Position numbers and translations under genes: made by a program. A model generated the notes under the pieces. It saw only the letters and a list, made by a program, of their open reading frames with translations. It ran no database searches and was not told where the DNA came from. From contig OZ296657.1 of NCBI GenBank assembly GCA_965655095.1, positions 55,490,001 through 55,554,000 of the forward strand: 64,000 nucleotides of DNA. Direction: 5' to 3'. The DNA comes from Haplodiscus bocki (Eukaryota). Positions 52,601-64,000 of the stretch are shown here, piece after piece (the stretch's first letter is position 1; every line of letters starts with the position of its first letter).

Positions 52601-53430
52601 TCATGATGATGATAGCAACTGAAGAAAGCGAAGGAGCTCATCAAGTTGTCCGGTTTATTCTCTTGCCTGCTTTTTTTCTTTCAGAGCGGTGATTTTGAAT
52701 TCAAAGCTAAACGGAAACGTTAACAGAAGTTTAAAACTTTTTGGACCATTTGAAAATTTATTGTACCGGTCTGACGGAACGATTTGCTAGTATAATTATT
52801 GTTATTATTGCGACAAATTTTTCAATAAATTGTATTTTTGAACATTCCTGTGTGCTACTAAAAGATAAATGCTTCCAAGATACGCTTGCGTGTATATTGT
52901 TTCCTTCTCTTTCTTTGATTTTCATAGTACGCATACTTCATTGTTTTTTTCCGATTTGTGAATTTTCCACTTTTACTTCGTTCTTTTTTACAGAGAAGCG
53001 ATGAATACCTCACAGCAAGAAGTGGGAGCCATCAAAGAAAATTTGACTTAAGTTAGCTCAAATTGAAGCCCGTTACGATACAAAGCAATCCCGATACAAA
53101 AGCGGCGGCTTCTTTTTGACTGGGTTAATGTCGAAAATTTCACACTTGGGTCAATTCAATTTGTCTGTTCCGAGTTGAGTGCCCAAATAAAGTTCCGGAG
53201 GGAAGCCTTGAAAAAGGTGTTTCTGAGGTATAAAGTTCAAAGCATTTTAGTTGTACACTAACATCAACCACTTTTAGTCTCGACTCAATTTGAACAAATG
53301 TGAGAACCAATGTTTTGCGGCCTTCATTTGAGGGCGGTCGCTTTTCGAATTGAAATAAATAGTCACGCCAATTCTGGTTGAAGGGTGACGTGTCCGTGAA
53401 GACATTCGTTACACTTAAGGATTGTATCTG
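43613..53430. repeat. Tandem triplication of a ~3.27-kb unit (43613-46885, 46886-50156, 50157-53430)
   Basis: Near-identical sequence and ORFs repeated at offsets of 3271-3273 (e.g. ORFs at 45487/48758/52031). Identical junction GTATCT|GCGTCGTCTTGGGA. Confidence 0.98.
43870..44500 (-). pseudogene. Highly decayed Polinton ATPase remnant (module 5), repeated at ~47140-47775 and ~50415-51045
   Basis: QHLEPQTTIVFC, FDNF (Walker B position), KKLQL and FEQNDNFLQNKRLFFKY occur in ATPase order. Confidence 0.4.
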
Positions 53431-55823
53431 GATCGGTTTTCATCCAACAAACAGTCAGCCTTGATCCTCTCTGAAAATTGGAATAGCCTTGCCTTTTGGT
53501 TTCGGAAAACTCGTTATAATGCTGGGTTTGAAATAATTTTTGTATGATGCTCTTCGAGCTTGCGACGAACTTCGCGTCATTTTTTGAACAACTGGCCACG
53601 ATTTCCTGGGAATGTATTCCAGATATTATCATTGGGGGCTCTTCATTGCACAGAACAGTTAAAGCGTGTGGCTTTGATTACAATAGTGCCACATTACAAG
53701 TTTTTGATGTCCCTGGACTTTATTTCAAGCACAAAAGCCCCGGAAAAGTTGTCACCATTTTTGTGAAAAAAAAATTTGTGAACCCTTTTTTTTGCTCGGT
53801 TGCATGACGTTGTATGGAATTCGTTGTCGACGCATCCGTCAAATTGGAATGAACCGACAACGTCGGACGCAGTTCTTGAAGGGTTTAAACTGCTCAAATC
53901 GTACGGATTGAATGAATTTTTCTACCAAAAGAGGTCTCTTATGCAAAATGATGAGTTAGAGGGGAAGGTATTGTGTAATTGTCTTGTACCTTACATAAAA
54001 GTCGGAAAATTATGTCGACAATATCTCGAAAAACACCAATGCAACAAAATCCGGTTGCCTCACCCTCCATTTGAACCGGTTGTGATGATCTGATCGAAAT
54101 GACAAAAAACAAAAGCAAACTTAGAATTGGCCCTCTCTTGCTACAAAGAAAAAGCGTATGGGAATGAACAATAGAAAAATAGAAACCCTTGAGAAAGGAA
54201 GTAATGTAAATAGTTGAGACTGACTCAGTGTCCCGAGACTCCAGTAGATTCATCTAATCGCTGATTGTTCTCTTTGTGTTTTAGTATCGATTTTTTTTGT
54301 TTTTGTTCTAGAAGTGCAATTGGGAAGTAGTCAATTTTTCCTCGCAACTGACCTTTTGGTATAATCATTTCTATTTAGCAGCAATTTTTCAATTCAAGTA
54401 GTATAGTGAAAGTATAATTCTGTTGCTGATATAAAGTGTTCCTGTCTTCCGCCAAAGTTTGCACGAGTCACAAGTTGGGCTGTGGAGTATTACAAAACTT
54501 TGTGACAGATAAATGGAAGCATTGATAATTTGACTAGCTGCTAGTTTGCTAAACCTCTTTTCATTGGTCTTGCAAGCCTCTGGTGGGAAAATTCAAATCG
54601 TTCTAAGACGAACTCTTTTCAGTTGAATCTTTTCATTAAATTGTGGCCGATTTCTCTTCCCAATCGGCAAATTGGACGAAGTATCCCAAGGGCACCCACT
54701 TCAATGTCTGATTGCGACGTCGGTGGGCTGCGCTCTAATAGATTGATATCGGATATTGAGTCAACTTTTTTTCCGGACTGACCATGTTATCTAATTGGCC
54801 TGTGCTGGCTTACTGCGGTGGAAAAATAACAGAAAATCTTATTGATAAGTAAACCCAGAAAACGCACAGAATCATTGTCGAGTTGCCAAGTAGGAGGAAA
54901 AAAACTTCGAGAAATCGATGATTTCTAAAAAGTTAAAGGAAGCTTATGAGAAATGTCTTCCGATAATAAAGATCAATTGTTTAGACATACGGTTTTGTGG
55001 AGATCAGAAACACAACAGTATGGGACTTTTGCTAATGAAAAGTTTAATATGGGCAGTTAATTGATGTTTTGGAGGGCTTCCTCGCTTCTTTCACAGGCAT
55101 TTATAAAGAGGTTAGAAATAACAATCTTTCTGTCTTCTCTACGTCTAAATGTTCGTTTTTTTTGATAGGCCTGGCTTTTTTCATCAACCCTTCATGCAGA
55201 CCAATTTGCAATTACGTTTCGTGTTTGAAAATTGGTAGCCTGAAAAAAAATTATCGAGGCTAACGGAAATGCGCTGAATGAGCGATTTTTTGTCAGACAC
55301 TGTGAATTTTTTTTGGATCTAATTGTGAGCCCTGCATGTGTCCTCACACTTAGTTCACGGTGACCATGTGAGAGTGTATGAATCACACACACGGTCTGGT
55401 TTGACGTCTCAGGAGTTTCTGGTTGAAGTAAATTCCAAGGAGCCACTGGAAGCGCGACTATTCCGGCAGAGGCCTGTTCCATTCAAAAGGAAACTTCAAT
55501 CACATCAGTATTTCCCGAGATGTTGAGCGATCATGCAGCACAAATGGCAGAGTGGAATCAAAAAGAGTTTCAGAAACTCGTAGTCATAAACGGAAAAAAC
55601 GGTCACCCAATAGTGAAAACTCCTGGAGAATTAATCGAAAACGTTATTTCGCTCGCCAAATCTATGTTAGATAAAAAACTAGAGAGTACAATCAACTTTG
55701 GCACTTCGATTATAAATCAAGTGATTCTTCAGAGGTTTCATCGTCTTCAGTGGATAGTGCGAACGTTTCAACTCCAGTTTTTCCTTCAAAATGTGGGGAT
55801 GTGACTGTGGGAAGTAAACGAGC

Positions 55824-58800
55824 ATGAATACTGAAATCAAGGAAGGAATTGATTTCGAAATATCCTTTGCAGTCTCAGCAAACGAGAATGATACCTTTGA
55901 ATGTGTCCCAATTGTTTCTTCTGCACCCTTGCATGAAGCCAACGAGTGCGAAAGTCCTGTCAAGGGTGTCAATGACATATTGTTTTCTGCTCTGGAAGGC
56001 GACGGCGAGTCTTTTGTAAGTGAAAATATCTCGAGTGGAAACCTGAGTGACGTCACGTTGTGTCAGATGTCACAATTAACTGCCAAAAATTTTTCGCCTG
56101 GGCCATGCCCTGTCTGACATATCCTCGAAATCTTTGATAAGTATACTTCATCAAGGTTTTCCCCTGCTAAAAATCTACGAACTTTGAACTATCTTGCAAC
56201 TGTTTTGAAAAAAGAATCTTTTAGCACCAAAACATAAAAGCCACAGAAAAGAATATGCATCACTTTAAATCTTGAGCTGCATCTGCGTACCGTGCTTCGT
56301 AAATTCAATTGCAATTTGATGAGAAATGGATGGCAACTCCAGAGTGATTTCAAATCAGATGATGTCCAAAGATGCAGTTTCTGATCTTAAACACTGATCG
56401 CGTGTCTTCATTCAACCCGCTGGTTTTTTTATACGTTCTCTTAATAATGGTAGCAAATTTGAAGTCTGCTGATAGAAGGTAATACAAAAATTTGTCACTA
56501 GGTGCAATGTTTGAAAGCCTTGCTGAATCTGACTGGTTCCAATTGATTAAACCTCTGGAACGTCAGCTACGGAGACTTTGCAATGGAATAACACTTGATG
56601 TTGAAGAGATATAAATTCCGGTAAGCGTCTCTCTTCTTTAACTAGACAGTCTTTGAAGAAGTTGTTCGCATGAATTCTTTGATGTTTCCGTCTGTACATT
56701 CAGAAAAATTTCAAATTTGTGAGATTGTGGATGGATTCCTGGAAGTTCAGTGTTGAACGATATAATCGATTCAGGTAACTTTACTGTGGCGCCGCTGAAT
56801 GTTCCGGATTTAGCGCAAGTAACGTTTTTCTCCTGTGATAGAGCTTATGGGTTCAGTTCCATGCCGATTTTTGGAATTTTTGCAATCCGTTTCTCGATGA
56901 AATTCTGATTCTGCCCACATATGTTCGCAAAGCGGAGAGGCGACGATTGAGATAATTAAATGTCATGTTGTTTTGGCCATCACAACCAGTACCGACTTAA
57001 GGTAGCATAGGCGACAAGTGGCTTTTCAAGTGCAGCAGTTTGCTGATAGCCCTTCGATAAATGAATTGATTGTCTACTCTTGACCATTTATTTTGACAAG
57101 TTTGTTTCAAATGCCATCTTTTGTTGCCGATATGGTCGCCAAAGCGTTACTATTAAAAATTAATGAATTTAGAGGAAAAATTGCATGCAATCTATGTTTT
57201 GTGTCGGGTAGGAATGGTTCTGAAAAGCAGGTTGGGATATACTCATTCGAATCACCTGATCCTCAGCGGAGGAATATTCAGCGTCTTTAAAACCTTAGGA
57301 GATTGGACAACCAAAGGAGACCTATCGAAGGAGTAAAAAGTTGTATTTGTGTACCCTATGTAGTTCCTCTATTGGTCATCCCAAACAATTTCGAAGCCGG
57401 AGGTGTTTGTTTCTGTAGCGACAGGCCTTGATTTTTCCAAGAGGTGTAACTGTTATCTATTTGTGAATCTGTAAAACGATTTCTTTTCGTTTGACAGTTT
57501 TCGAATTTCGCTTACGTAATCTTTTTTGCCCTTGGATTTTAGCTCTTGACTGAATTCAAGTGAATAAGTGATTTTCTAGCCTTGAAATTGTATTCTATTC
57601 GTAGCACTGGTGCGTTGCTCAGACAAAACGCAAAGTTTCAGGGTCATGTAAGTTTCACTCTCAATAACGAATCACGAGTTGCCACGCGATAGCAAGAACT
57701 TTTACAATTTACAGTTATTGGAGAGTTTTTATGAAGATGACTAGTAGTTGAAGTCTTTTAGTGTGAGCAGTGCTATTGCGGAAAGATCCGGTAACGAATA
57801 TCTGCACTTCGTAAAAATATCTTGACTTCCGACAATCTGTTTTCCCGGAGTTTTTTCATTTCTTACAAAAGTGTCACGAATGTACTTTTTCATTGAATCT
57901 TGTCGAAGTTCTTTGATGGTCTATGGAGAAGCTTTGAAAATAGTTGAAAATTGGTTGAGAAAATAAATAAAATTTGAATCCACCCGCTTTGTTGATTAAA
58001 CAGCGCGAGGTATGTTTGTACAAAAACTGATTTTTAATTATAGGAAAACAGCCGGGGCAAGGTGAAGCGCACTAGCGGTACTATGTTTTCCATCGAACGT
58101 GGTTCTAGAATGGCTCGAAAATGAATTCGCTGAAAATTTCGAGAAAAACATGTATCTGACGGTGCAATCAGGCTCGTTATTAGCTGAGAAATTACAATTT
58201 TAGACAATAGTAGGTGTTCTTGTCACTGAATATGAGTGGGATTTTTTAGAGCTTTTTGAAAAAACCTCATGATTTAGAGTTCTTCAAGCTGTTACCGCAA
58301 AAATTTTGGCTTATGGGATGATGTTCATAAAAACGATTTCCGTTCCGAGTCGGACAATCGCAGCGCAAGAACTGTCTTTGAAGACCATCGAAAACTTTAA
58401 GAAACTTGTTTGATCGGGTTGTCGAATCTGAACTCTATGGCCCCAGAGGAACTTGGGGAACTTTTTTTTTGGAAAAATCTCATTTTGAAAATCCTTTTCG
58501 ACTTCCGAGCGTAATTTTTTCGACATTTGACTACAACGGTTTTGACTGCATTTTACGTAAGCAAGGGAACATCTGCGTCACTTTTTTCTGAAACGTGATT
58601 GCTCACGCTGCATTGAAAATGAGTGAATAACAAAACCTACACACTGAGAGAATGTTCTTTCTTCGTAAATTAGATTAAATCGGAGTGTTTCCGGCAAATT
58701 TGTACCCCATGGGCTGTTCCAACCTGGCTTGTTGCTCATTTGTTTGTTTATGCCAGCGTATTTCAGGAAAGTAAGCTGGTGAAAATTTATTAGAAAGTCC

Positions 58801-60768
58801 CACGACCCTTGTTGTTGATTACATGAAACAGGTGCTCCTTGGAGTCCTTCGATCTTTTCTGATCAATGTCAGGGCGCTCTACTTGGCACCTTGGGGATAA
58901 GACTTGCTACGGTCTCTCAGATGTATGTTTACCACCCATCCACCGGCGAAAACTGAGTTCCTCAATCATCTTAAACAGTAGAAAGCATCCGAATTCAGAG
59001 TTTTTCTTCTTTATGGCTTTCATATGTTCATTGGGATGATTCAGGACTACCTGTTTTGTCTTTTAGCTCTGCTTTGTTTGTTTGGCAGTCAGAAAAGTTC
59101 TTGAGCGGATGGGCTGCGATTTCGTGGAAACAGCTCGGAGTATGCTCAATTTTTTTCGGCAAAAACGACCCTTTTATTTCAGAGAATCTTGTCAGTCTTA
59201 CAACTTGCACTCTATCTCCCATTTACCCGATCAAGTAACTTTTTCTATTTGCCTTCCTTCCCATTTTGATTGAGTTGAAAAAATTTTGGGTTTTTTGTAG
59301 ATTGAAAGATTTGGTCTTCTGTCTGCCTTCTCCTCAACGGCTTGAAAGCGCAAAATATCAGCTGACAAGATGAATGGCCTCTAGAGCACCTTCGTCCATT
59401 GCAACCAGTCTGGTTGTGAAACGTCTCATTACAGTTTGCTAGTAATGAAGTCAGGTACAATAACTCAGAGGAAGTTACAATAGGTGGCATAACACTGAGA
59501 GAACTTTTCATCGCGAACAGTCCTGCCACTCTTTATGGACCGTCCGCTGAGCTTTACTGTGGATCGCAATTATTCAGTTGTAGAGCTTTTATTTTGAAGG
59601 GATTGACATTTTATTGTCATGACGCAGCAAAAATAACGGGTCAATTTCATTCAACACACAGCTCTGATCACTTTGCTCAGTTACTTGAGAAAGTGGGTGG
59701 AAAATTGGACAGCCACTCACAGATTTGATTTCGAAGCAACCATGTGCAACTTGTTTCTTTCGAAATAATGTTGTGGAAAGGTCGTTCTGCGAATGTTCGC
59801 TGGAACGTACTGACGCAGAAGCAAGTGGCATCTTATCTCCAAGCCACTCCGGTGAAGAGATGTGTTACGAAATAGAGGTGGGGCCAGTTGGAAAAGTTGA
59901 ATGCAATCCATCGTCTTTGAAACAGCCAGTGGTTGTAGTCAAAGTAAAAGGTCTTCCTGCTGTGACTGTGTCCATGCACTTCGAGCAGGATTGATAGATG
60001 TGACCGCTGGTACATTGATGCAACTGATACTTTTATGTGTATTTGTCGTGTAAAACGCATTTTTGTTAAAGAAAACGTTTTTCTTTTCGACAGTAAAATC
60101 CACCTCAACGTTTCTTAGAGCGGTGAGTTTTACTAACGTTTCTGAAAAAAACTGATGAAATATCTTGTTTGCTGTTTATTGAAAAGATGATTTTGTCACA
60201 TTTTCCTGGTGTTTGGATGAGTCATCTCAACTTCTTTTAAAGTGTATCATTCTTATCATGTGCAACTCATCAGGTGGCGAAAATTGCCAAGGAATTTCAC
60301 AAACGGAAAACTCAGAAGCTAAAAGGTATTAAATCTACTGCGTTGAAAGTTTTCGCGCATATATAATACCAATAATGATTTTCATTGAGTAATATGGAAA
60401 TGTTCTAAATATGTCGTCTGCGCAAAGCAAGCACAACTTGGAACCACGTAAGAGAGTTGATACGGCTCGACGGCACTGAGATTTTATGTTCTTTTTCCCA
60501 ACGGAAAAAAACTTACTGTTTAAATGCCCTACGGCATTCGAGTTGACCCAAAAAGATGAGTGATGTTGAAAAAGTGAAGCGGAATATCGGAGAAGGCGTG
60601 CATTGCGCGAGTTCAAGCATGTGTTTCCCGACCTCCCTAGTCGCCAGAGGGACTCAAGGGGACCTTGCAGAGAAGCAGGTACTCCTGGAATCAAAACTGC
60701 TGAACAGCTCATGCGTGTGTCTCTCCAATTTGGGGTTTCATCATGCAGTAACTACTGTTGCTTTTTGA
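55824..60768 (+). pseudogene. CACTA/EnSpm (CMC) transposase, decayed, in four exon-like blocks
   Basis: Acidic N-terminus and NLSD; LILNTDR..KNLSLGAMF (~56380-56520); VADMVAKALLLKINEFRGKIACNLC (ORF 57093-57290); GVK; VVDYMKQVLLGV (~58810-58845); KASEFRVFLLY (~58980-59015); SYNLHSISHLPDQV (ORF 59082-59273). Confidence 0.85.
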
Positions 60769-60814
60769 AAGCAGCAAACTGAAGCCAATTAACCACAAAC
60801 AAGATACCCGGTGA

Positions 60815-61740
60815 ATGACCCCCTTGTTATTGAATCTTCCCCACACATTGCTCAGCAACTTTCACAAAAGAGATGCAGTTTTGTTTGAGCGCAACGACGA
60901 TGTAATCACGCAAAACGATCCCATGGACTTCTCTTTGAGGCAAGACGGGCACATGGGCAATTTTTCGACCGATAATGATTCCACGGAGAATGTTTTGAAA
61001 CAAAACGAGGCCATTGACAATCTAGGTTGCAGAACGAGTGTTTAGACGATGTTTTGATGCAAGAAGTGCTCATGGATTACCTTGCTGATAATTCGTTAAA
61101 AAAATTCGAGGCCGAGGAAGTAGATACAGGCACTTTTACGCTAGACTTCAGTCAAATATGTCCAGCTGAGGAAAATTCCGATATTGAACAGCACGAACCT
61201 CTAAGAGCCAGGCACTCCAAGCTTGAACTGGTTTTAGATTCGCCTGAATCAAATGGTGATTGTATTTTGGCTAAGGAAGTCGCATATCCCTTGGAACTTT
61301 CACAGGAAACCTTGAAGGTTCTCTTGGGGCTGAAAGTGGTTGGATATTCGCGGGAGACCCCAAGAAGCTAAAAAAGTGCGCATATTCTGTCACGAGTATT
61401 TTGGTTACAACTGCAAAAAAGCGGAAGAGGCCAAAAAATTGACTACACTGGGCGAAATCCTCAGAATAAAGGGTTGCAATCCTTGGAGGTTTGCACACAA
61501 TTTTTGCAAGATCATTCTCACCAAAAATGAACTAAAACTCGGATTTTGTCACCATAAAAGAAGACAAAAAGAGAAGTAACGGACTGCGAGCGAAGTATAT
61601 TTGGTGGAAGAGGCTATCAATCCTCAATTTCCTGGGTAGTGGTTTATGGCTCTTTCTGCATGTATTCAACTTGGCCGGAATGTCAGAAAAAAATGAAAGG
61701 AATGGATTTTTGAAAATACCAGACAAAAACACTAAAAAAG
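60815..61740 (+). pseudogene. Accessory ORF remnant with acidic N-terminus and BEN-like C-terminus
   Basis: ORFs 60815-61045, 61027-61371 and 61340-61579 overlap in shifting frames. NPWRFAHNFCKIILTKNEL resembles BEN FA..L...LF...EL. Confidence 0.35.
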
Positions 61741-63511
61741 ACAGAACATATTGTTGAGAACCTCGCAAGCAGGTCAGCCACGACAATGGTGTGGTGCACG
61801 GAAATGGTTGATTTGCTGTGACATTTTAATGCACTTCTTAAAAGAACTTTGCCTGACAACCCGCCTCAATGCAAAAGGCATCGGGGGTTCTAGATCATCA
61901 CCATTCCTTTTCAACCCAAAATTGTTTTTTTTTGTTGGTTCCTAGCTTTTTCGTGTTCTGCGTTTCTCTTCAGTAACGCCCTACCCAACTTTTATTGAAA
62001 ATCTTCGTCATATTTGGCAGAATTACGTTTTTGTCGCTCTGAAATTTGTTTTGTGATACTCGCTTCTTTGCAGAACGAATCGGTCTGTCTCTCTGATTGA
62101 CTTTTGCTACTGGCTCACAACTTTTCGTGATTTTCGTGCATTACCCATTTTCCGAGACTTTATAAAATAATCTTTTGTTTAATGACGGATACTAATGCGA
62201 TACAATTTCATGGTTTTGTGTTCCAGTTTGACTCTGCTTTCTTTTTCGGTGCTTTCCTTTATCAATGAAGCCTTACCAGGCGTTCAATTTTATTACCGTC
62301 GGTTTCTCATTTCTAAAGCAACCTGTTTTTTGCACAAGTCGTTTTTCAAAAATCAGTTTTCTTGTTGAACTTTTGGCGAAACTGTGGTTTGAGTAAGTTG
62401 TTCGAGTAGCTGCAGTTTTGGAATCACCAATATTGCCAACAAAGCTGTCATGACATCACTGGAAGCAATCGAAGTTCCTAGTCTCTGAACTCATACGTGG
62501 AGTAAAACTTGAAAGTTGCGGCAATGGTTAAAGGTGTGTTTTTTGCTACATAGACCAAAATTTCGCTCGTGCTATCTGATTTTTTTGATGTTTTTTCTCT
62601 TTGAAGAAAATTGTTTGAGATGTGTTTGCGCCGACCTTTCTCGGGTCTGTAATAGCTGATGGTCACATCCGAAGCAGCATTTGCTGTTCAAATTCAAATG
62701 TAGATTTGTCCTAAGGAATTGCGTATGTTGTTTTTATCGTGGCGCTCGATCTTTTCCTCACGTGTAGTTTTTGGGCTGTAAAAAATTCCATTTTCGCGAA
62801 CTAGCTTTCCTTTTTAAGGTTTTATTTCCAGTGGGGCACCAGTAAAACGTAATGAATTGCATTTTGACCTTCGTCATTGGGAAGCGCAATGGTGGGTAGA
62901 GTCGTCAAGTTACATGATCTCATGCTTGTAAGGTCTTGATTGCTACTTGCTTTTCTCTTTTTGAAGACTCTGTGCACATTGAGCAAATTTTGAAACTCTC
63001 ATAATGTTGCATGTTGCAGTGCGCCCAAACTATTAGAACTCCTTTTTCAATATTTCTTATGATCTCATGTTTTTTGACATTGCAGATTCGAAGCGCAACA
63101 TGGTGTCCCATCTATTAACGCCTTGAAGTTGTTGACTGAAGATTCCATGTTCTTTCGAAAATTTTCTCTCAACGTTTCTGGTCTGGATAGCAAAGTTTTT
63201 TTCTAGATATGTCTTTGTCGCAGAGTACTCAAAAAGTCTGCCCGTAATATACCTTGGAGTGCGACTCGATCCAAGTGGTCCTTCCGAACACCTCTTCTTT
63301 CTTTTTCACTGCGGAAAGAAGATATTCGCAAATTGACATCTTGCATGCGTATAGGAGGATGTAACAGTCCAATCGAGGACGAAAAAGAGTTCAGTGCTGG
63401 CCTCTTTGGTCGAAGGACTCAGGAAACCGTCATAAAGCAACAGCAAAGACTGGCGAAAAACTTGATAAATTTCTCTTTTCACTCTCCAGTGTTTCATTCC
63501 TGAATGAAACG

Positions 63512-64000
63512 ATGAGTTCCGTTGCTGCCAATCAACAGCAGGAACTGCCGTCATCTAGACAAAGCCAAAGCCCAAAAAAGACGCCGCTGCGAGACGAAAG
63601 GCCGAGAAAGATACTTGAGCGATCTTCTCGTCCCGATATATCCAACGTTAGTGAAATACATTCCACGCAAAAGGAACCTGAAGATTATTATAATAAACCA
63701 GTGGACAATATGGCCTTTGGAACTGTGAAAACGCTGAAAGATGTAAAGGATTTAAAAAAACGGACATAAACCTGGAAGACTTCGAGAACTTCTTGAACCG
63801 AGGAAGAAAGCCGAAAATTGCCCAAGGCATGCCATTCCAGCACTACTGGAAAACCCAATTTTACGTACAATGACAAATTTTCGCTGAAACTTGGTGGTGC
63901 CGACATTGGACAACTTGCTATAAATTTCTGCGACCACCTTATTACGGAAAGTGAAACGATTGATGGAATGTTTTTCCCAGAGAAAGAAGGACGCGAGTAA
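63512..64000 (+). pseudogene. Second BEN-like ORF remnant, running off the window end
   Basis: Low-complexity S/K/R region, then DIGQLAINFCDHLITESE. Confidence 0.3.

Noticed and set aside
45487-53004. Repeated short ORFs as a conserved gene family
   Set aside because: Their identity is explained by the recent tandem triplication, not by selection.

Overview
Eukaryotic (animal-type, AT-rich) repeat-dense genomic DNA with no intact protein-coding gene; the longest ORF is 196 aa and every recognisable gene is broken by stops and frameshifts. All protein assignments come from manual translation and motif recall, not database searches. Contents in order: (i) a decayed Gypsy LTR retrotransposon on the minus strand (1-3993); (ii) a non-autonomous CCCGGG-ended DNA transposon (6692-8144) carrying a 31-bp minisatellite; (iii) nested, decayed Polinton/Maverick endogenous virus remnants across about 9.5-54 kb, including five separate packaging-ATPase loci, three minor-capsid, two major-capsid, two integrase and two structurally different protein-primed DNA polymerase B pseudogenes, of which one element (about 13.2-28.4 kb) is near complete; (iv) LINE remnants and a (CT)n microsatellite; (v) a recent 3 x 3.27-kb tandem triplication (43613-53430); (vi) a decayed, apparently intron-split CACTA/EnSpm transposase with BEN-like accessory ORFs (55.5-64 kb). 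No CRISPR, rRNA or tRNA genes were seen. I found no intact novel system; the best leads are the multi-family Polinton cluster with conserved unnamed ORFs and the spliced CACTA element.
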